A stretch of DNA of 64,000 bases from Macrostomum lignano (lineage: Eukaryota), in the NCBI GenBank assembly GCA_002269645.1, contig NIVC01002121.1:116193-180192 (forward strand), given 5' to 3'. Position 1 is the first letter of the stretch, and every line of letters begins with the position of its first letter. The translations under genes and the position numbers were made by a program. The notes below the pieces were generated by a model, which did not search any database, had not been told where the DNA came from, and saw nothing but the letters and a program-made list of their open reading frames with translations. Shown in pieces: positions 41,018 to 55,500 of this stretch.

Positions 41018-42779
41018 TTTAGTAATTGTACTTCAACTTCAGTAATATATAATTGAAACACAAAGCAAATGAAAGTGAAACCCTAACTAAGCAGATTTAT
41101 CACGATAATATTAAAAATTCAACCATTGAGCGTTTAGAATGCTAGATTTACACCAGTCGTATTTCAATCAACTAATCTATCTTTTTCGGGGGGACCTTTT
41201 GCTCTTAGTCTTATCAGCTGCAGCAAGGGACGGGACGTGAAGGCTTTTTAGTGTGATGCATAAAATAAAGAAAATAGCAGTTTTAAAAATACTTAGTTTT
41301 TTGTTTTTAAGTTAAAACAAAAAGAAGTCATTTAGGCAATATTATAAACATAAAAAAATAAAAATATTGCCTTTTATATGACATAGGAGTTATTTTCATA
41401 CGTTTCTTGTTAACTGTATATTGTAAAATTTAAATTTGATTGTTTTTATTGTAAAATTTAAACGTTTCACAACAGCAGATTTAATTTGATGCAAAACTGT
41501 TTCAACTGAATATCGAGTTTTTTATACAGATTATGTATGCTACTTAAAATATTTTAATGCAACCCTTCTTCCCTTCTTCTCCCTTGCTTAATCTTTAGTC
41601 AGATAAAAGGTCGGACTATCAGAGCGAAATATGTGCTGACTGCTGAGTTACATTAGAGTTACATTATTGTAACTATGTAATGTGAGTTACATTACATAAA
41701 GATGCCTACATAAATCAAACAGAAAATTAATTTCTTAATATGGTTAGAGTTTATCAATCATGTTTTATATTTTTTTAGCATCTTATTTCATTATTCATTC
41801 ATTATTCATTCATTTTTCATTCATTATTCATTATTTAGTTAGTTATTTGTCCATATGTTTATTGCTAAATTGCGATTCAAAAATCAAAGGCAATTAACTT
41901 ATAACTAGATAAATATCGCCATCAGAAAATTTATTATTTTCATTTAATATAATGTCTTAGATTTAAGTCAAATTCAATAAAATATTATGCAACATTTGAT
42001 AAGTTTTTACTTAAATTTGTTTTATTACAAAGATTTCTAGCCATCTAAGATAATTTACATTGCCACCAACTGATAGTTCAGAACTAACTAATATAACTAA
42101 GTTATATAACTAACCTAAAACTCAATCTTTAGATAATTTCATTAGTTCTAATAGATCATTTAGAAAATTTTGTTTTATCTTGCCTGATCATCTTTAAAAT
42201 ATAATATCAAATAAATATATTTCGAATATTATAATATACAAGCAGTGTTTCAAAAGTTTCCAGATTTCCTATAGGCAAATTTCTCAACACAATGATAACA
42301 AGGGAAATTTCTAGGTAATATTCTAAAAAGTCAAAAACAGTAAGGTAACATATTATTATGTTTTAATAGTGTCAAGTGGAACAAAAAGCAACAATTTAAA
42401 ACATGTTGCAATCAATCAGTGTCCCTTCACCATAAATCACTGTACTAAAGTTCCAGCTGCCATCTATCCCTACCAATCACTATCACTGTCACTGATGTTG
42501 TTTTTTCTATCTGGCCTAGCACTGTTGCGTTCCACATATTCACTGTTAAATGCTATCCAATATACTAAAAATGAAAATCTTGCTTGTTTGTTTGTTTGTA
42601 CGCAATCAATTAAAGAAAAAATGGCTGGACCGATTTTCATGAGACTTGCACTGTTCGATCAGAAATTTTCCCGTGACGGTACATGCATCGTGGCTAAGAA
42701 ATTGCTCGATGCTAAAGGCATTAAATATTCAAAAAACATGCTTTTTTGCAAAGGTCAAGCAAACTTTTCGACTTGAAAT

Positions 42780-45345
42780 GCATTGTAAGAATGCTAGAGA
42801 AAAAACTGACTAGTTGATTCTGATTCTGAAATAGATTGCATCATAACTGAATTGTAACTCCGACTTGAATTGAAAATGCAGTGTGGAAGCGTAGCACCAG
42901 ACTTGATTTAAATTGCGTAACCATATTGTTAACTGATACTGACTGACTGAGAAACTGATTATGTCATAACTGCTTCGTGTGATTTACTCTATGCTTGGAG
43001 TTTTAAAACTTATAATTATATTATAGAAGTGCTAAAATTCATGTTATCAATACGATGAGAGCTAGCCTAGAGGTAAACAGACTGACTGCTAAATGCAGGG
43101 ACGATAGTTTGGATTTTTAGAGTTTTTTTAATTAAAGTTTTTTAACGCCAAGAAAACTAAAAAATCATGGAAGCGTCATGTAAAAAATCATAAAAGCGTT
43201 ATGTAAAAAATCATAGAAGCGTCATGTAAAAAATCATAGAAGCGTCATGTAAAAAATCATAGAAGCGTCATGTAAACAATCATAGAAGCATCATGTAAAC
43301 CATCATAGAAACGTCGTGTAAACAATCATAGAAGCGTCATGTAAAAATCAAAGAAGCGTCATGTAAAAAATCATAAAAGCGTCATATAAACATCATAGAA
43401 GTGTCATGTAAACAATTATAGAAGCATCATGTAAAAAAATCATAGAAGCATCATATAAACATCATAGAAGCGTCATGTAAACAATCATAGAAGCGTCATG
43501 TAAACAATCATAGAAGCGTCATTTAAAAAATCAAAAGCGTCATGTAAAAACCATAGAAGCATCATGTAAACAATCATAGAAGCGTCATGTAAAAAATCAT
43601 AGAACCGTCATGAAAAAATCATTGGAGCGTCATGTAAACAATCATAGAAGCGTCACGTAAAAACCATAGAAGCGTCATGTAAACAATCATAGAAGCGTCA
43701 TCTAAAAAGCATAGAAGCGTCATGTAAAAAATCAGAAGCGTCACATAAAAATCATTGAAGCGTCATGTAAAAAATCATAGAAGCGTCATATAAACAATCA
43801 TAGAAGCGTCATGTAAACAATCATAAAAGCGTCATGTAAACAATCATAGAAGCGTCATGTAAAAATATAAGCGTCATGTAAAAACCATAGAAGCGTCATG
43901 TAAACAATCATAGAAGTGTCATGTAAAAAATCATAGAAGCGTCATGAAAAAATCATAGAAGCGTCATGTAAACAATCATAGAAGCGTCATCTAAAAAGCA
44001 TAGAAGCGTCATGTAAACAATCATAGAAGCGTCATGGAAAAAGCATAGAAGCGTCATATAAACAATCATAGAAGCATCATATAAAAAATCATAGAAGCAT
44101 CATGTAAAAATGATAGAAGCATCATGAAAAATCATAGAAGCCTCATTTAAAGACTAATGAAAGTGTCATTTAAAAATTAAGAAGCATCATGGTAGAATAA
44201 AAGAAGCGTCATGTCAGACATGAAGGTGTCATGTAAAAATTAAATGCAGTTATAATGCTGTGCTGGGGAGAAAAACTGAGACGTAAAGGCTCTCAGAGAA
44301 TAACTGAGATTATGGGGGGGGGTGGTTCTGAGATGTCAAAGCAAAAGTCAGAAGCTACTTCAAAGTTCATGTACTTTACTCAATTTTTTTATTGCATTCT
44401 TTGTTGGCTTGCCATGGGGGGAGGCGCTGATAGAAGAAGAGTCATGTAAAAAATAAAAGTAGCACTAAGTATACATAAAAGAAAGGTCATGTCGAAGTTA
44501 AAAGATTCATTTGGGAATTGCTACGATGTCAAAGCTTGGTGGAAATCGTTATAGTGCTGTGATTCTTAAAGAAGGAATCACTAAAATGTCAAGGCTTAGT
44601 GGAGAAGAATTGCTGAGATTTCAAGGCTTTAGGTTGGGTTAAAGTTAGGTTTAGGTCAGGTGTGGGTTGAGGGTTATATTTTATTGGGTTTCAAGGTTAA
44701 CAGGGGATTTTTTAGATTTCAAGGTTTATGGGAGCCATCGCTGACATGTCAAGGCTTACGGGGGGGGGGGAATAGCTGAGATGTCAAGGCTCACTGGGGT
44801 ATAAATGAGATTTCAAGGCTAAAGCCAGAAGCTACATGTAGTTTATTGAAAACTTTTTATTATATTATTTGATGCCTCCTCAGGGGAGGGATCGCTGATA
44901 AAAAAGCGTAATATAAAAAATAAAAGAAACTTCATGTCAAAGTTAAGAGATTCATTTGGGAATCCCCACGATGTCGAGGCTTGCAGGGAATCGCAATAAT
45001 GCTGTAGTAGTGCTATAATGACTCTTAGAAAGAATTACTGAAATTTCAATGCTTTAGGGTTAGGGTTAGGGTTAGGGCTAGGGTTAGGCTAGGGTTAGGG
45101 TTAGGTTAGGATTAGGGTTAGAAGGTTGACAGATATTTTTAGATTTTCAAGGCTTATTGGGGGCATTGCTAAGATGTCAGGGGGGGAGTTGATATGTTAA
45201 AGCTTGTGGGGGGAATTACTGACATGTCAAGGCTTACAAGGTTTGACAGGAGATTTTTTAAGATTTCAAGGATACATGTAGCTTATTAAAAAACGTGTAT
45301 TGCATTTCTTTAGCTCCCCAACGGGGGGTGTAGATTGCTAGTATA
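42780..45345 (+). repeat. Dispersed repeat copy B (~2.6 kb) containing an expanded 23-bp satellite (43160-44200) and (TTAGGG)n-like patches
   Basis: See copy A; satellite unit CATGTAAAAAATCATAGAAGCGT. Confidence 0.8.
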
Positions 45346-45414
45346 CTTCTGATAGCATTTGATCAGATTGTCAAACCCAGCCTTCTAGAAGCTGGAGTCT
45401 AGCTAGTGCAGCAA

Positions 45415-45800
45415 TGCGTTAGCGGCGTCAATGACCTGATATGTCGTGAAAACTTTCCCATGCATTGGCAACTTCATTGGACAGAAGAGACGGAAGTTGG
45501 CAATTGCAAGGTCAGGGCTATAGATAGATTTGCTTCCAAATATTGGAGCATGGCAGCCGCATTGTTGTCATCTGTGCTGGAACATAGACAGCCAGAGCGA
45601 TCAGCATCAGCAACACTTGTTTGACCATCAGTAGCAAGTCAATGGTGGGCAAACACTTGTGTGCAACCCAACGCATGATCACCAAAAGCAGTACAAACTT
45701 CATTAAAAGTCTGCGTTGGTGTCTTACCCATGTGTTGACATGCCATAATGAAGTGACATTGACTTTCTTTCGAACCAAAATCTGGTTGGTTTTTTGGCTG
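45415..45800 (-). pseudogene. Internally deleted mariner (Tc1/mariner) transposase relic
   Basis: GKTPTQTFNEVCTAFGDHALGCTQVF (Mos1-type HTH), DRSG, then YSPDLA.ANF.LF..VK..MHGKVF (mariner YSPDL motif); stops present and DD34D core missing. Confidence 0.75.
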
Positions 45801-46567
45801 GCTCATTCTCCAAGTGAAATTGTATGAAATAACATAGACCCTCAGGCTTAACTTGGCTCTAATGTAGGCTTTGTTTGTCCTAGTCATGCAAAATTTTAGC
45901 CTGGCTCTTATTAATAACCAAATAGTTTATGGATGAAAGCTTATCCAAATCTGATAAGAATTGTGCTTTAGCAAACACTAGTCTAGAAACTTTTGCAACA
46001 CCCCTCATAGTTTGGTTGTAAGCATAATAATAAAGATAAATTCATGCTATGATCTAAGATATTTAAAATCTATATGAAATCCCATTTCAATTTAATGATT
46101 GTATTCTATTTTAAATTGAGTTGCTAAACATTGAAGCATATATAATAGTTTACTTTAAATTATTAATAATTATAAAATTCAAATCTAAAATTATTAGAGA
46201 TTATTCTATTTCAGTTATACAAGATTTTTATTTATTTTTATTTATTTAAATGAATTTAACCAAATTTGTAATTAATATCTATTGGTTAGCTTTTTAAATC
46301 TAAGGAACAACCTTACCAGTAGAGAATATTTGTTAGAATTAACAAAGTTATAAACAAAAAATACTAAGCTTATTTGCTTAAAACATAATGTCATCAACAT
46401 TAGGATCTTGAGGTCTAGAAAATTATAGTTTGCTTATATGGGAAAGTTTCTCTTTTATTGTTTGAACATGTTTGATTCATGCAACTGGGCAGTGGCTGTT
46501 GACTGCCATCAGCTAAGAGCTTCCCTAGGCTAAGTAAAAGTGTATTACACTTAAATTGGATGCCAAA

Positions 46568-49500
46568 ATGGCTGCTGCCACTGAAATTGATTCATTCATT
46601 GTGCAAGAGAAGCAGCGGCTGGTGGCCAATCGGCAGCAGCAAACTGGCCGAGATCGGAGCCAAGAGCGGGAGGGTGCTGGGGTGGCCGCCGCTATTCGTG
46701 AGGCCCAGTACCCAATTCCTAGGCATGGTGAGCTGCGCTTCAGTTTTGAAACTTGTATTTCATGCACTTGACTGCTTTTCAGTGTGATTTATTGTTTCCA
46801 AGACTTGAGCTGAAATTTGTTTTCAAGGCAAGATAAGATTCAGATTAAGGTAGAGTGAGATACAAGCTGAGACAGAGTGAGATATGGGTTGAGACAGGAT
46901 GAAATATAGGTTGAGACAGGATGAAATATAGGTCGAGACAGGATGAGATCCTGGTTGAGACAGGATGAGATCCCGGTTGAGACAGGATGAGATACAGGTT
47001 GAGTTGAGACAAGATGAGATTCCGGTTCAAACAGAGTGAGATTCCAGTTGAGACAGCATGAGATTCCGGTTGAGACAATAAGATGCAGGTTGAGACAGGA
47101 TAAGATACAGGTTCGGTATCTTTGAGTAACTTTCTTCAAATATGTGATTAACTTTCTTCAAATTTTAAATGTCAAACATACACGCTTATTGAAATCAAAT
47201 ATGCGTGTTTTCGATTTTTCGCCATAAACATTCGCGTGTGGCAATTGTTGCAGACCCACTCTACAGCTTGCTGTATTTACCCAGTCAAGCAGTTCAGCTA
47301 CTGGCAGGTACGAAAGGTTACTGGATCTTCATAAATATAGATATTGCTTGTTTCTGGTCTTTGTTTCTGACTTTTCGAAGCCCACTGTGGTACTCTAGCA
47401 GCAGCCCTCCTCAGGACTCTAGTGGCAACCTACTGTAATACTCTCGCGGCAACCCACTATAGTACTCTCGCGGCAACCCACTATAGTACTCTCGCAGCAA
47501 CCCACTATAGTACTTTAGCGGCAACCTACTATAGTACTCTCGCGGCAACCCACTATAGTACTCTCGCGGCAACCCACTATAGTACTTTAGCGGCAACCTA
47601 CTATAGTACTCTCGCAGCAACCCACTATAGTACTTTAGCGGCAACCCACTATAGTACTCTCGCGGCAACCCACTATAGTACTCTCGCAGCAACCCACTAT
47701 AGTATAGTACTCTCGCGGCAACCCACTATAGTACTTTAGCGGCAACCCACTATAGTACTCTCGCGGCAACCCACTATAGTACTTTAGCGGCAACCCACTA
47801 TAGTACTCTCGCGGCAACCCACTATAGTACTCTCGCGGCAAGCCACTGTAGTGCTCTCGCGACAACCCTCTGTACATGTAGTACTCTAGCAACAGCCCAC
47901 ATCAGAAACCTCAGCGACAGACTACTCTAGGGGGTCATCATTTCATTTCCTTTTCTTCGCCTAACTTTTGATCTGGTTCTACTATTTCTAAAGTTTTTTT
48001 ATAATTATTTTTATGGCAAATAACCCTTAATTAGCTCTTCTTTAGTTCAGTTGCGCCGTATTTCTATTCCGTCTATCTGGTTTTGTTTTTTCTACTCGCC
48101 TTTGTTAACTATTTTCTATGTAGATGAGTAGTCGGCAAACTTTTTTAACTCAGAGGCCTTGAAGAATCTAGCGCTTGAATGCGGAACTGAGAGAGGAGAG
48201 AAAATATGCGGAAGAGGCGAGATGGTGGAAGAGAAGAGACAGGGAGAGAAGAGAAGAGAGCTGAGAAGAAAGAAACACAAACTTTGAGCGGGCCGGATTG
48301 CTATTGTGAAGTTTCAAAGGACCCGAGGGCCGGATAGAGAGGCTTCGCGGGCTGGGGTTTGCCAACCCCCGATATACTCATAGGTTTTTGATCATATGAG
48401 TGGTCTTGTTTTTATTTTAACTACTCTCAAATGGTTCTATTATTCACAGAGGTTATAAAGCCATTAATCATTAAACTGGGAATTGAAACACGAAACACCT
48501 GGCTCAAACTCCATAAAACACATGGCTCAAACTCCATAAAACACATGGCTCAAACTCCATAAAACACCTGGCTAAAGCTCCATAAAACACGTAGCTCAAA
48601 CTCCATAAAACACCTGGCTCAAACTCCATAAAACACCTGGCTCAAACTCCATAAAACACCTGGCTCAAACTCCATAAAACACCTGGCTAAAACTCCATAA
48701 AACACCTGGCTCAAGCTCCATAAAACACAACTGGCTCAAACTCCATAAAACACCTGGCTAAAACTCCATAAAACACCCGGCTCAAACTCCATAAAACACC
48801 TGGCTAAAACTCCATAAAACACAACTGGCTCAAACTCCATAAAACACCTGGCTAAAACTCCATAAAACACCTGGCTCAAACTCCATAAAACACCTGGCTA
48901 AAACTCCATAAAACACCTGGCTAAAACTCCATAAAACACCTGGTTCAAACTCCATAAAACACCCGGCTCAAACTCCATAAAACACCTGGCTCAAGCTCCA
49001 TAAAACACCTGGCTCAAACTCCATAAAACACCTGGCTCAAACTCCATAAAACACCTGGCTCAAGCTCCATAAAACACCTGGCTCAAACTCCATAAAACAA
49101 CTGGCTCAAACTCCATAAAACACCTGGCTCAAACTCCATAAAACACAACTGGCTCAAACTCCATAAAACACAACTGGCTCAAACTCCATAAAACACATGG
49201 CTAAAACTCCATAAAACACCTGGCTAAAACTCCATAAAACAGTCTATGAAAGGCATTGTAAGAATTCAGGCTTAAGCAGTTTTTTTCCAACCCGCACAAC
49301 CTGTGTTTACTTGCAGGCTAGGCTGCCCCTTTGAAGTTAAAATAATAGCAGGATAATGAATGAAGCCGTATTGCTCCTGTTCTATTTTGCTGAATTCCTG
49401 TTTCTTGTTTTAGCAAACGTGATGATTGAGCGCCGTGTCTGCCTCTGTATAAATGCAGATTTCTGCAGCAATTCGTGATGATTTTTTTGTCTTGCAAATC

Positions 49501-52500
49501 AGTCACAGCTGCCCCGCTTGTATGTAGGAACATTCTTATTCTTATAATTCTTATAATTATAGCCTCAGAGATAATCCAGCTGCTGTGATTATGGCTCCTG
49601 AAATCCCCAACTATCTCATCTTTCTGCTCCCTAAAATTGAAGTGTAAAGAAAAACTGCGAGAATAGGTTTGGATGTGTCATTTTTTATTATCATTGAAAT
49701 ATTGTAAAATATGAGCAAAATTGTTCTGATCTGCAGCGTTCATGACGTCTCAGAGCAGGGGTTGGCAAACTACGGTTCTCAGGTTCTTTGAAACTTCCCA
49801 ATAGCAATCCGGCCCGCTCAAGGTTTGCGTCTCTTCTCTCCTTCTCCTTCTCCCTCTCTCTCCTCTCTCTCCTCGCTCCTCTCTTATCTCTCCTCTCTCT
49901 TTTATCAACTCTCCTCTCTCTCCTCTCTCTCCCTCCTCTCTTTTTTCTCTTTTCTCTTTTCTCTCCTCTCTTTTCTCGCTCCTTTTCTCTGTCTTCTGTC
50001 CTCTGTCCTCTCTCTCCTTTCCTCTCCCATATCTTCTTTCTCCTCTCTCGTATTGTCTGTCTTCTCTCCTTTCTCTGGCCCGCAGTCAGGCACTGGATTC
50101 TCCTGGTCCTCGACGTAAATAGCTCGCCAAACCCTGGTCTAGATATTCATCAATTCTTCAGTTATCTCGTAATTGCAATAATTCTTCAATATAAAAATTG
50201 TCGAAAGCCCAGCCAAGGGACATGAACGAAATGGACAAGAGAGTCTTTGTTAAGTCATGGCGGGGGGCCTAGGAGCACACAGACCCGGATACGTACACAG
50301 GCACACGCTTACACAGGGTGTGCATGACATCGTTGGGCAGTGTACATGTCGCTCGGAAATCAGACGCTTTAACCCGCTCCGCCCCTGCTGTGGCTACTCT
50401 GACTGCCCCGCAGACCCGGTCGGTGCCCAGGTGCCGCCCCAGAAGGCCGTGTTCGCCCAACATCAGCCGGCCGAGCCGGAGTCCGTTGCTGCGCCTCGCT
50501 ACGACTATCGCGACGAGGAGCCTCTGGTTGCCAGGCTGAGCAACGATCAGCAGAAGCGCCAGCAGCAGCTGCTGGACCGTCGTGCAGCTCAACAACAGCA
50601 GCAGCAGCCGCCGCCGCCGACTCAGCAGCCTCGCCGATCCTCTAAAAACGAAGCCGGCTATTACGACGAGGATGGGAATTTCTTTGAAAAATTTGGAGAC
50701 TATGAGGCCCGCCGGCGACAGCTGGACGAGGCCAGACGATTGGAGTATCAGCAGCTGCAGGCTCGAGCTCAGCCTGCCGCCGCTCGGCGCGTCGGCAGCG
50801 ACGCTTCGCCAGACGACCGGCCAGGCGTGTCCGGCGCCATCGGGCAGCGGGATTCGGCCGCCTCGCGTCAGCGGAAGCGTCGCGAACGCAACGCTGAGTA
50901 TAACGATTATTTGAAGCGGAAAGAGGCCGACGGTCGGTCACGTCAGCAGCAGCCGCAGCCAGCCGCGCAATCGCAGTACCGCCAGCCGATTCGCGCCGCT
51001 TCGCAGCCGCAGCCACAGGCTCCGCCGGCGTCTGATCCAACTCTCGACGAACTTGAGCGGCAAGTCACTCAGCTGCGACAGCCGCAGGGCTCGTACAATG
51101 GCGGCGCCCCACAGAGGCCGGCGCTTGAAGCTGCGCCTCCGCCGGCGCCACCTGAACAATTGGATCCATTGGCTCTGCCTGAACCGCCTGGTTAGTCGGG
51201 CTTGTGTTTATAGCATCCACTCCACTGATTCTATTTTCTACCCACTGATTTTATTGTCTTCTACCCCACTGATTCTATTGTCCACCCCACTGATTCTATT
51301 GTCTACCCCACTGATTCTATTGTCTACCCCACTGATTCTATTGTCTACATGTACCCCACCGATTCTACTGTCTACATGTACCCCACCGATTCTACTGTCC
51401 ACCTCACTGATTCTATTGTCTACCCAACTGATTCTATTGTTTACCCACTGATTCTATTGTCCACCCCACCGATTCTACTGTCCACCTCACTGATTCTATT
51501 GTCTACCCAACTGATTCTATTGTTTACCCACTGATTCTATTGTCCACCCCACTGATTCTATTGTCCACCCCACTGATTCTATTGTCCACCCCACTGATTC
51601 TATTGTCCACCCCACTGATTCTATTGTCTACCCAACTGATTCTATTGTCCACCCCACTGATTCTATTGTCTACATGTACCCCACCGATTCTACTGTCTAC
51701 ATGTACCCCACCGATTCTATTGTCTTCTCCACCGAATCTTAATGTCTTGTCTATCCAACCAACTCTTATGTGTATCACATCGACTCTACTCTCTATCCTG
51801 CCCCACCCCTATTTAGTGAAGCACTTTTCCCATGTTCTACCGACGTCACCGCATTCTCCTCGCTGACTTCAGTCATTCAAGCAGAATTATTCTAGTTAGT
51901 AGTCAGCCGCGCCAAACCGCCAATCCGGTCCGCAGGCCGCCACAGCCCCCGCGGCATCCCAGCGGACGCCGGGCCGCAGAACACCTCCCTGCCATTCGTA
52001 GACGATCGCGAACGAGCCGCCGCCCAGAAACGGGCCGAGCGCAATCGCGAATATAATGAATTCTTGCGCGGCAAACTGGACCAGGAGGCCACGCACAGGG
52101 ACTGGCGCAGGGGTGGTACCGGAGTTCACTACGAGGACGTTCTGACGCAGAAACGGATGGAGGAGGGACTGTACAGGTGCGTCATAAAGATGATTTTTTC
52201 ATAAAGTAGATTTTCTACCGCACCCAGACATCATTTGTCATAACGAGATTTTCTCTGATATTGCACTTTAAATCCTTGTGTCTGTGTGGGTCAGTGTCTG
52301 TGAATTCCAGTATCTGTGTGACTCCCAGTGTCTGCGTGAATCCCAGTGTCTGTGTGACTCCCAGTGTCCGCGTGAATCCCAGTGTCTGTTAATCCCAGTG
52401 TCTGCGTGAATCCCAGTGTGTGTGATTCCCATTGTCGGTGTGAATCCCATTGTCTGTGTGAATCCCATTGTCTGTGTGAATCCCAGTGTCTTTGGGAATC

Positions 52501-55500
52501 CCAGTGTCTTTGGGAATCCCAGTGTCTGTGTGAATCCCAGTGTCTGGGAATCCCAGGGTGTGTGAATTGCAGTGTCTGTGTGAATCCCATTGTCGGTGTG
52601 AATCCCATTGTCTGTGTGAATCCCATTGTCTGTGTGAATCCCAGTGTCTTTGGGAATCCCAGTGTCTTTGGGAATCCCAGTGTCTTTGGGAATCGCAGTG
52701 TCTTTGGGAATCCCAGTGTCTGTGGGAATCCCAGTGTCTTTGGGAATCCCAGTGTCTTTGGGAATCCCAGTGTCTTTGGGAATCCCAGTGTCTTTGGGAA
52801 TCCCAGTGTCTTTGGGAATCCCAGTGTCTGTGGGAATCCAGTGTCTGTGTGAATCGCAGTGTCTGTGTGAATCCCAGTGTCTGTGTGAAGCCCAGTGTCT
52901 GTGTGAAGCCCAGTGTCTGTGTGAAGCCCAGTGTCTGTGTGAAACCCAGTGTCTGTCAGTCCCTAATGCCCCCGCTCAATCGGCAGGTACGTCGACAATC
53001 CCGATGATCAGTACGCCGCGTACAATCGGCCCCGTCCTGTGGCCGTGAAGGATCCGGCCACCCTGGCCGAGGAGAAGCGCCTGTCCGAGCTGGAGGCTCA
53101 GTATGACAGCGCCAAGTTGCGCTTGCTGTTCGGCGGAGGCGGCGCCGGCGGCAGGCGTCGCAACGATGACGCCTGGCTTCGCAGCGGCGGCAACACAGAC
53201 AAGTCGCTGGACTTGGACCTCAGCCTGCGGCGCAATCGGCACTTTCAGCAGCGCGGCGGCGGAGGCAAAGACGGAGCCGGCTTAATCGGTTTGTTCTTAT
53301 TTTGCTTGATTACTGATTTTCATGCTCACCTCCTCACCCGCCCCTTCATCCGCTAACTCCCTCCTCACCCGCCCCTTCATCTGCTAACTCCCTCCTCACC
53401 CGCCCCTTCATCCGCTCACTGCCTCCTCACCCGCCCCTTCATCCGCTCACTGCCTCCTCACCCGCCCCTTCATCCGCTCACTGCCTCCTCACCCGCCCCT
53501 TCATCCGCTCACTGCCTCCTCACCCGCCCCTTCATTCGCTCACTGCCTCCTCACCCGCCCCTTCATCCGCTCACTGCCTCACTGCAATCTCATAGAGATC
53601 TCAGAGAACCCCAACCCGCCCCATCCAGACGGCATTGGCGGCACAATCGACCTGCATAGACCGGACTCCGGCACCGTTCGCGAGAACCGCAAAGAGTCTT
53701 ACAAACGCGAACTTCAACGCCAGATGGCCGAAGAGGAGAACCGTCGCAAGCAGGAGCGTCGAGACGCTCGCAGCGACGCCCCCGGCGTTCTAGGCGGCGC
53801 CGTCACTGACCGGCCTGGCGGCGCTGGCGCCGGCGCGGGAAGCGGCGCCACTTCGCCGGGCCTGCTGGCCGCTCAGTCTGGCGGCCTGCCGCAATTGTCG
53901 CCTTATAATACACCTGCGGACGATTCGTATTTCTATTACGGAATGCAGAATCCGCTGGAGGAGGGCAGCGGCAGTGAGTGGTTGGGCTGCTCTCCGAGCT
54001 AGTGTAAAAGGGCTTGGGCATTAGTAGTGGCGCCTTTTGTTTTTTATGTTCCTCAATTATTGGCCTCTGGACTCCTCAGTTTTGCGTCTCTTGACTTCCT
54101 CAGTTTGGCGTCTCTCTTGACTTCCTCAGTTTGGCGTCTCTCTTGACTTCCTCAGTTTGGCGCCTCTCTTGACTTCCTCAGTTTGGCGTCTCTCTTGACT
54201 TCCTCAGTTTGGCGCCTCTCTTGACTTCCTCAGTTTGGCGTCTCTCTTGACTTCCTCAGTTTGGCGTCTCTCTTGACTTCCTCAGTTTGGCGCCTCTCTC
54301 AACTTTCTCAGTTTGGCGCCTCTCTTGACTTCCTCAGTTTGGCGCCTCTCTTAACTTCCTCAGTTTGGCGCCTCTCTCAACTTTCTCAGTTTGGCGCCTC
54401 TCTTGACTTCCTCAGTTTGGCGCCTCTCTTAACTTCCTCAGTTTGGCTCCTCATGACGCTTCTTTTAACGCATAGTTCTTTTTGACTTTCGCTCAATCAG
54501 GCGGCTTTAGCGGCAGGGGTGGAGGCGGATACGTCGGCGGTGGCGCAGGCGCCGGCGGCAGCGGCGGTAGCGGGCCAGCCAAGTCTTCGCGCGTCCGCTA
54601 CCAGGAGAACAACGATGGCACCGCCGCAACGGGGATGCTGTTCACCTCCGAGGAGGAGCGGCGCGCCCGTCTGGCCCGCCAGAAAGTTGAATACGCGCTG
54701 GAGCTCAACCAGCAAATGGACGCCAAGCGAACTCGCGACGAGGGCCGGCGTAAAGAACGCGACGAATACGACCGGCTGAAGGAGCTGGAGATCGCCACCT
54801 ACGATCCGTGGGGCCGCGGCGGTGGCGGAGCGCCGCTCAAAGACGAACAGGGCAACACCCGGGCCGACCTGCGGGGCACCATACGCGGCGGAGGCGGCGG
54901 CGGTGACGGGCAAACCACTAGGAGCCGCGGCGGTGGCGACTATGGCGATTACGGTGGCAGCGGTGCGGCGTCCACAGGCGATCCGTTGAAGGACCTTCGG
55001 CTGCGGCTAGCTAACTCCTTTACGGAGGAGCAAGGTAGAAGAGGCGGCGGCGGCGGAGCAACTGGCCGAGCTCGCAGGTGAGTCATCAGGTTCCGCTTTG
55101 CTGCACCATAAGGGTGTATTGTAGAATCAAATATAGTAGTACTCAAGATCCAAGGTATGGGGTGGTGGTGTCCCATCCAAGGACAGTGGTGAGCAGCGTT
55201 GTCCCATCCAAGGACAGTGATGAGCAGCGGTGTCCCATCCAAGGACAGTGGTGAGCAGCGGTGTCCCATCCAAGGACAGTGGTGAGCAGCGGTGTCCCAT
55301 CCAAGGACAGTGGTGAGCAGCGGTGTCCCATCCAAGGACAGTGGTGGGCAGCGGTGTCCCATCCAAGGACAGTGGTGGGCAGCGGTGTCCCATCAAGGGA
55401 CAGTGGTGGGCAGCGGTGTCCCATCCAAGGGACAGTGGTGAGCAGCGGTGTCCCATCCAAGGATAGTGGTGGGCAGCGGTGTCCCATCCAAGGACAGTGG

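Noticed and set aside
42590-42700. Helentron/DINE-like fragment (TGTTTGTTTGT...GGACCGATTTTCATG)
   Set aside because: Only a loose resemblance; no ends or hairpin could be defined.
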